Position numbers and translations under genes: made by a program. Shown here piece by piece: positions 62,823 through 64,000 of a stretch of 64,000 nt of DNA. Within the stretch, counting starts at the first letter, position 1. Every line of letters starts with the position of its first letter. The stretch covers positions 27,404,001 through 27,468,000 of the forward strand of contig OZ004610.1 in NCBI GenBank assembly GCA_963924565.1, in the 5' to 3' direction. The stretch is from Ascidiella aspersa. Taxonomy: Eukaryota. The notes below the pieces were generated by a model, which saw only the letters and a program-made list of their open reading frames with translations, was not told the DNA's origin and did not search any database.

Positions 62823-64000
62823 AGTGAATCTAAAATACTGACAAAACGTTATTATTACGATGTAGCTGAAATTGGCAAGTAATAAGTCTTAATGAAAATG
62901 CGCAAATACCAAGGTACTGTAATAAAAATCCAAATTTAAGTGATTGGTTTGTTGCAAATTTAAGTGAACAAAACATGCAAGTGAATAATAATGTGAAAGC
63001 AAAAAAAGTGTTAGATCTGAATTCCTTGAAATAAAGGCATGAATTTGCAATTTGTGCCAAAAATACAAAATCGCCAACAAACATCGTGAAAAAGAACGAA
63101 ACTTTTCAAGAGACGGCTGTGATAAATCTCAACAAACGAAAGGATAAGTTTTAAATGATGAAAAAAACAATATCCCAACTAAAAAGTAAACCAACCAAAG
63201 GTAAAGTAAAACTGTTTTTCGCTCTTTGCAACTAAACTGCTTAGGTTGAACTAAAAATATCTGCATCAAAATTTTAAACGTGCGTAAAAAAATCTTTAGT
63301 AAGAAATAGAATTTTTAACTAGGTAAAAAAGAGTTTTTGTATCTAGTAAAACTTGTTTAAGGTTTTTTAAATGGAGCCTATGATAAATCGTTTTTTTTTT
63401 CTGTATAATCTATGAATGTACTGTGTGAACCTCATTTCCTGACTTTTATAAAACGTTCTTTAGATCACTGGTGAAGTCGTTTCAATTGCTTTCCACCTCG
63501 AGCAGCTTTTAAAAGGTAAAAAGTTAACACAATATGTAAATTTTTATTTATGGCAAGCCTATGATGAAAAAACTTCTTTCCCCATCATATGTATTGTGAT
63601 GAAATTTATCTATAAGCTCAACTAAACTGAGGTTGCTGCCTAAACAGTATTTATTTGTATGTTTAGCAATTTTTTTTTCAGCAAAACCATAACCCTATTT
63701 AATTTGTTTCAGGGGATAAAGATTTTAAGAAAACAATTGAAAGATTTATCATTTTTGGTAAGTTAAGGTGTTTTAAACCTATTTTAAGTTTTTAAAAAGC
63801 CTTAAAATTTTCCAGAAGTCTTTTAAATTTATAATGGTGAAAGATGATATGGGTTTAGAAAACATTTTTACACTGATTTGGTACTGTGTTGAACCATTTC
63901 TATTACTATTAATACTGTTATGTATTCAAAGTTTAGAGCAATCCAATTTTGTTGATGAAAAGTGTTGCAAACCATGTTAGGTTCCATCTAAAATCTGGAG

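Overview
AT-rich, intron-rich animal genomic DNA from an invertebrate; gene style and mosaic CpG content are compatible with a tunicate, but the taxon cannot be fixed from sequence alone. Six spliced protein-coding genes were reconstructed by hand with GT-AG junctions and consistent phases: the 3' part of PI4KA (+), a calpain with CysPc and C2-like domains but no penta-EF-hand (+), a divergent calmodulin-like gene directly downstream (+), a predicted myristoylated ankyrin/ZU5-like/acidic-tail protein (-), SAAL1 (-) and a KHDRBS/Sam68-family gene (+) head-to-head with SAAL1. Introns are dense in hAT-type MITEs with 8-bp TSDs, plus one Tc1/mariner relic, a tRNA-derived element and several tandem repeats. 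The most notable signal is a set of minimal type-I hammerhead-ribozyme motifs from at least four unrelated repeat families. Two families carry the core at the tip of a long fold-back hairpin. One of these has variable-length TSDs (11 and 13 bp) and a compensatory U3-A8 core in three copies, which suggests small retroposed, possibly self-cleaving hairpin RNAs (Penelope/retrozyme-like). Ribozyme activity and retromobility are inferences, not demonstrated here.
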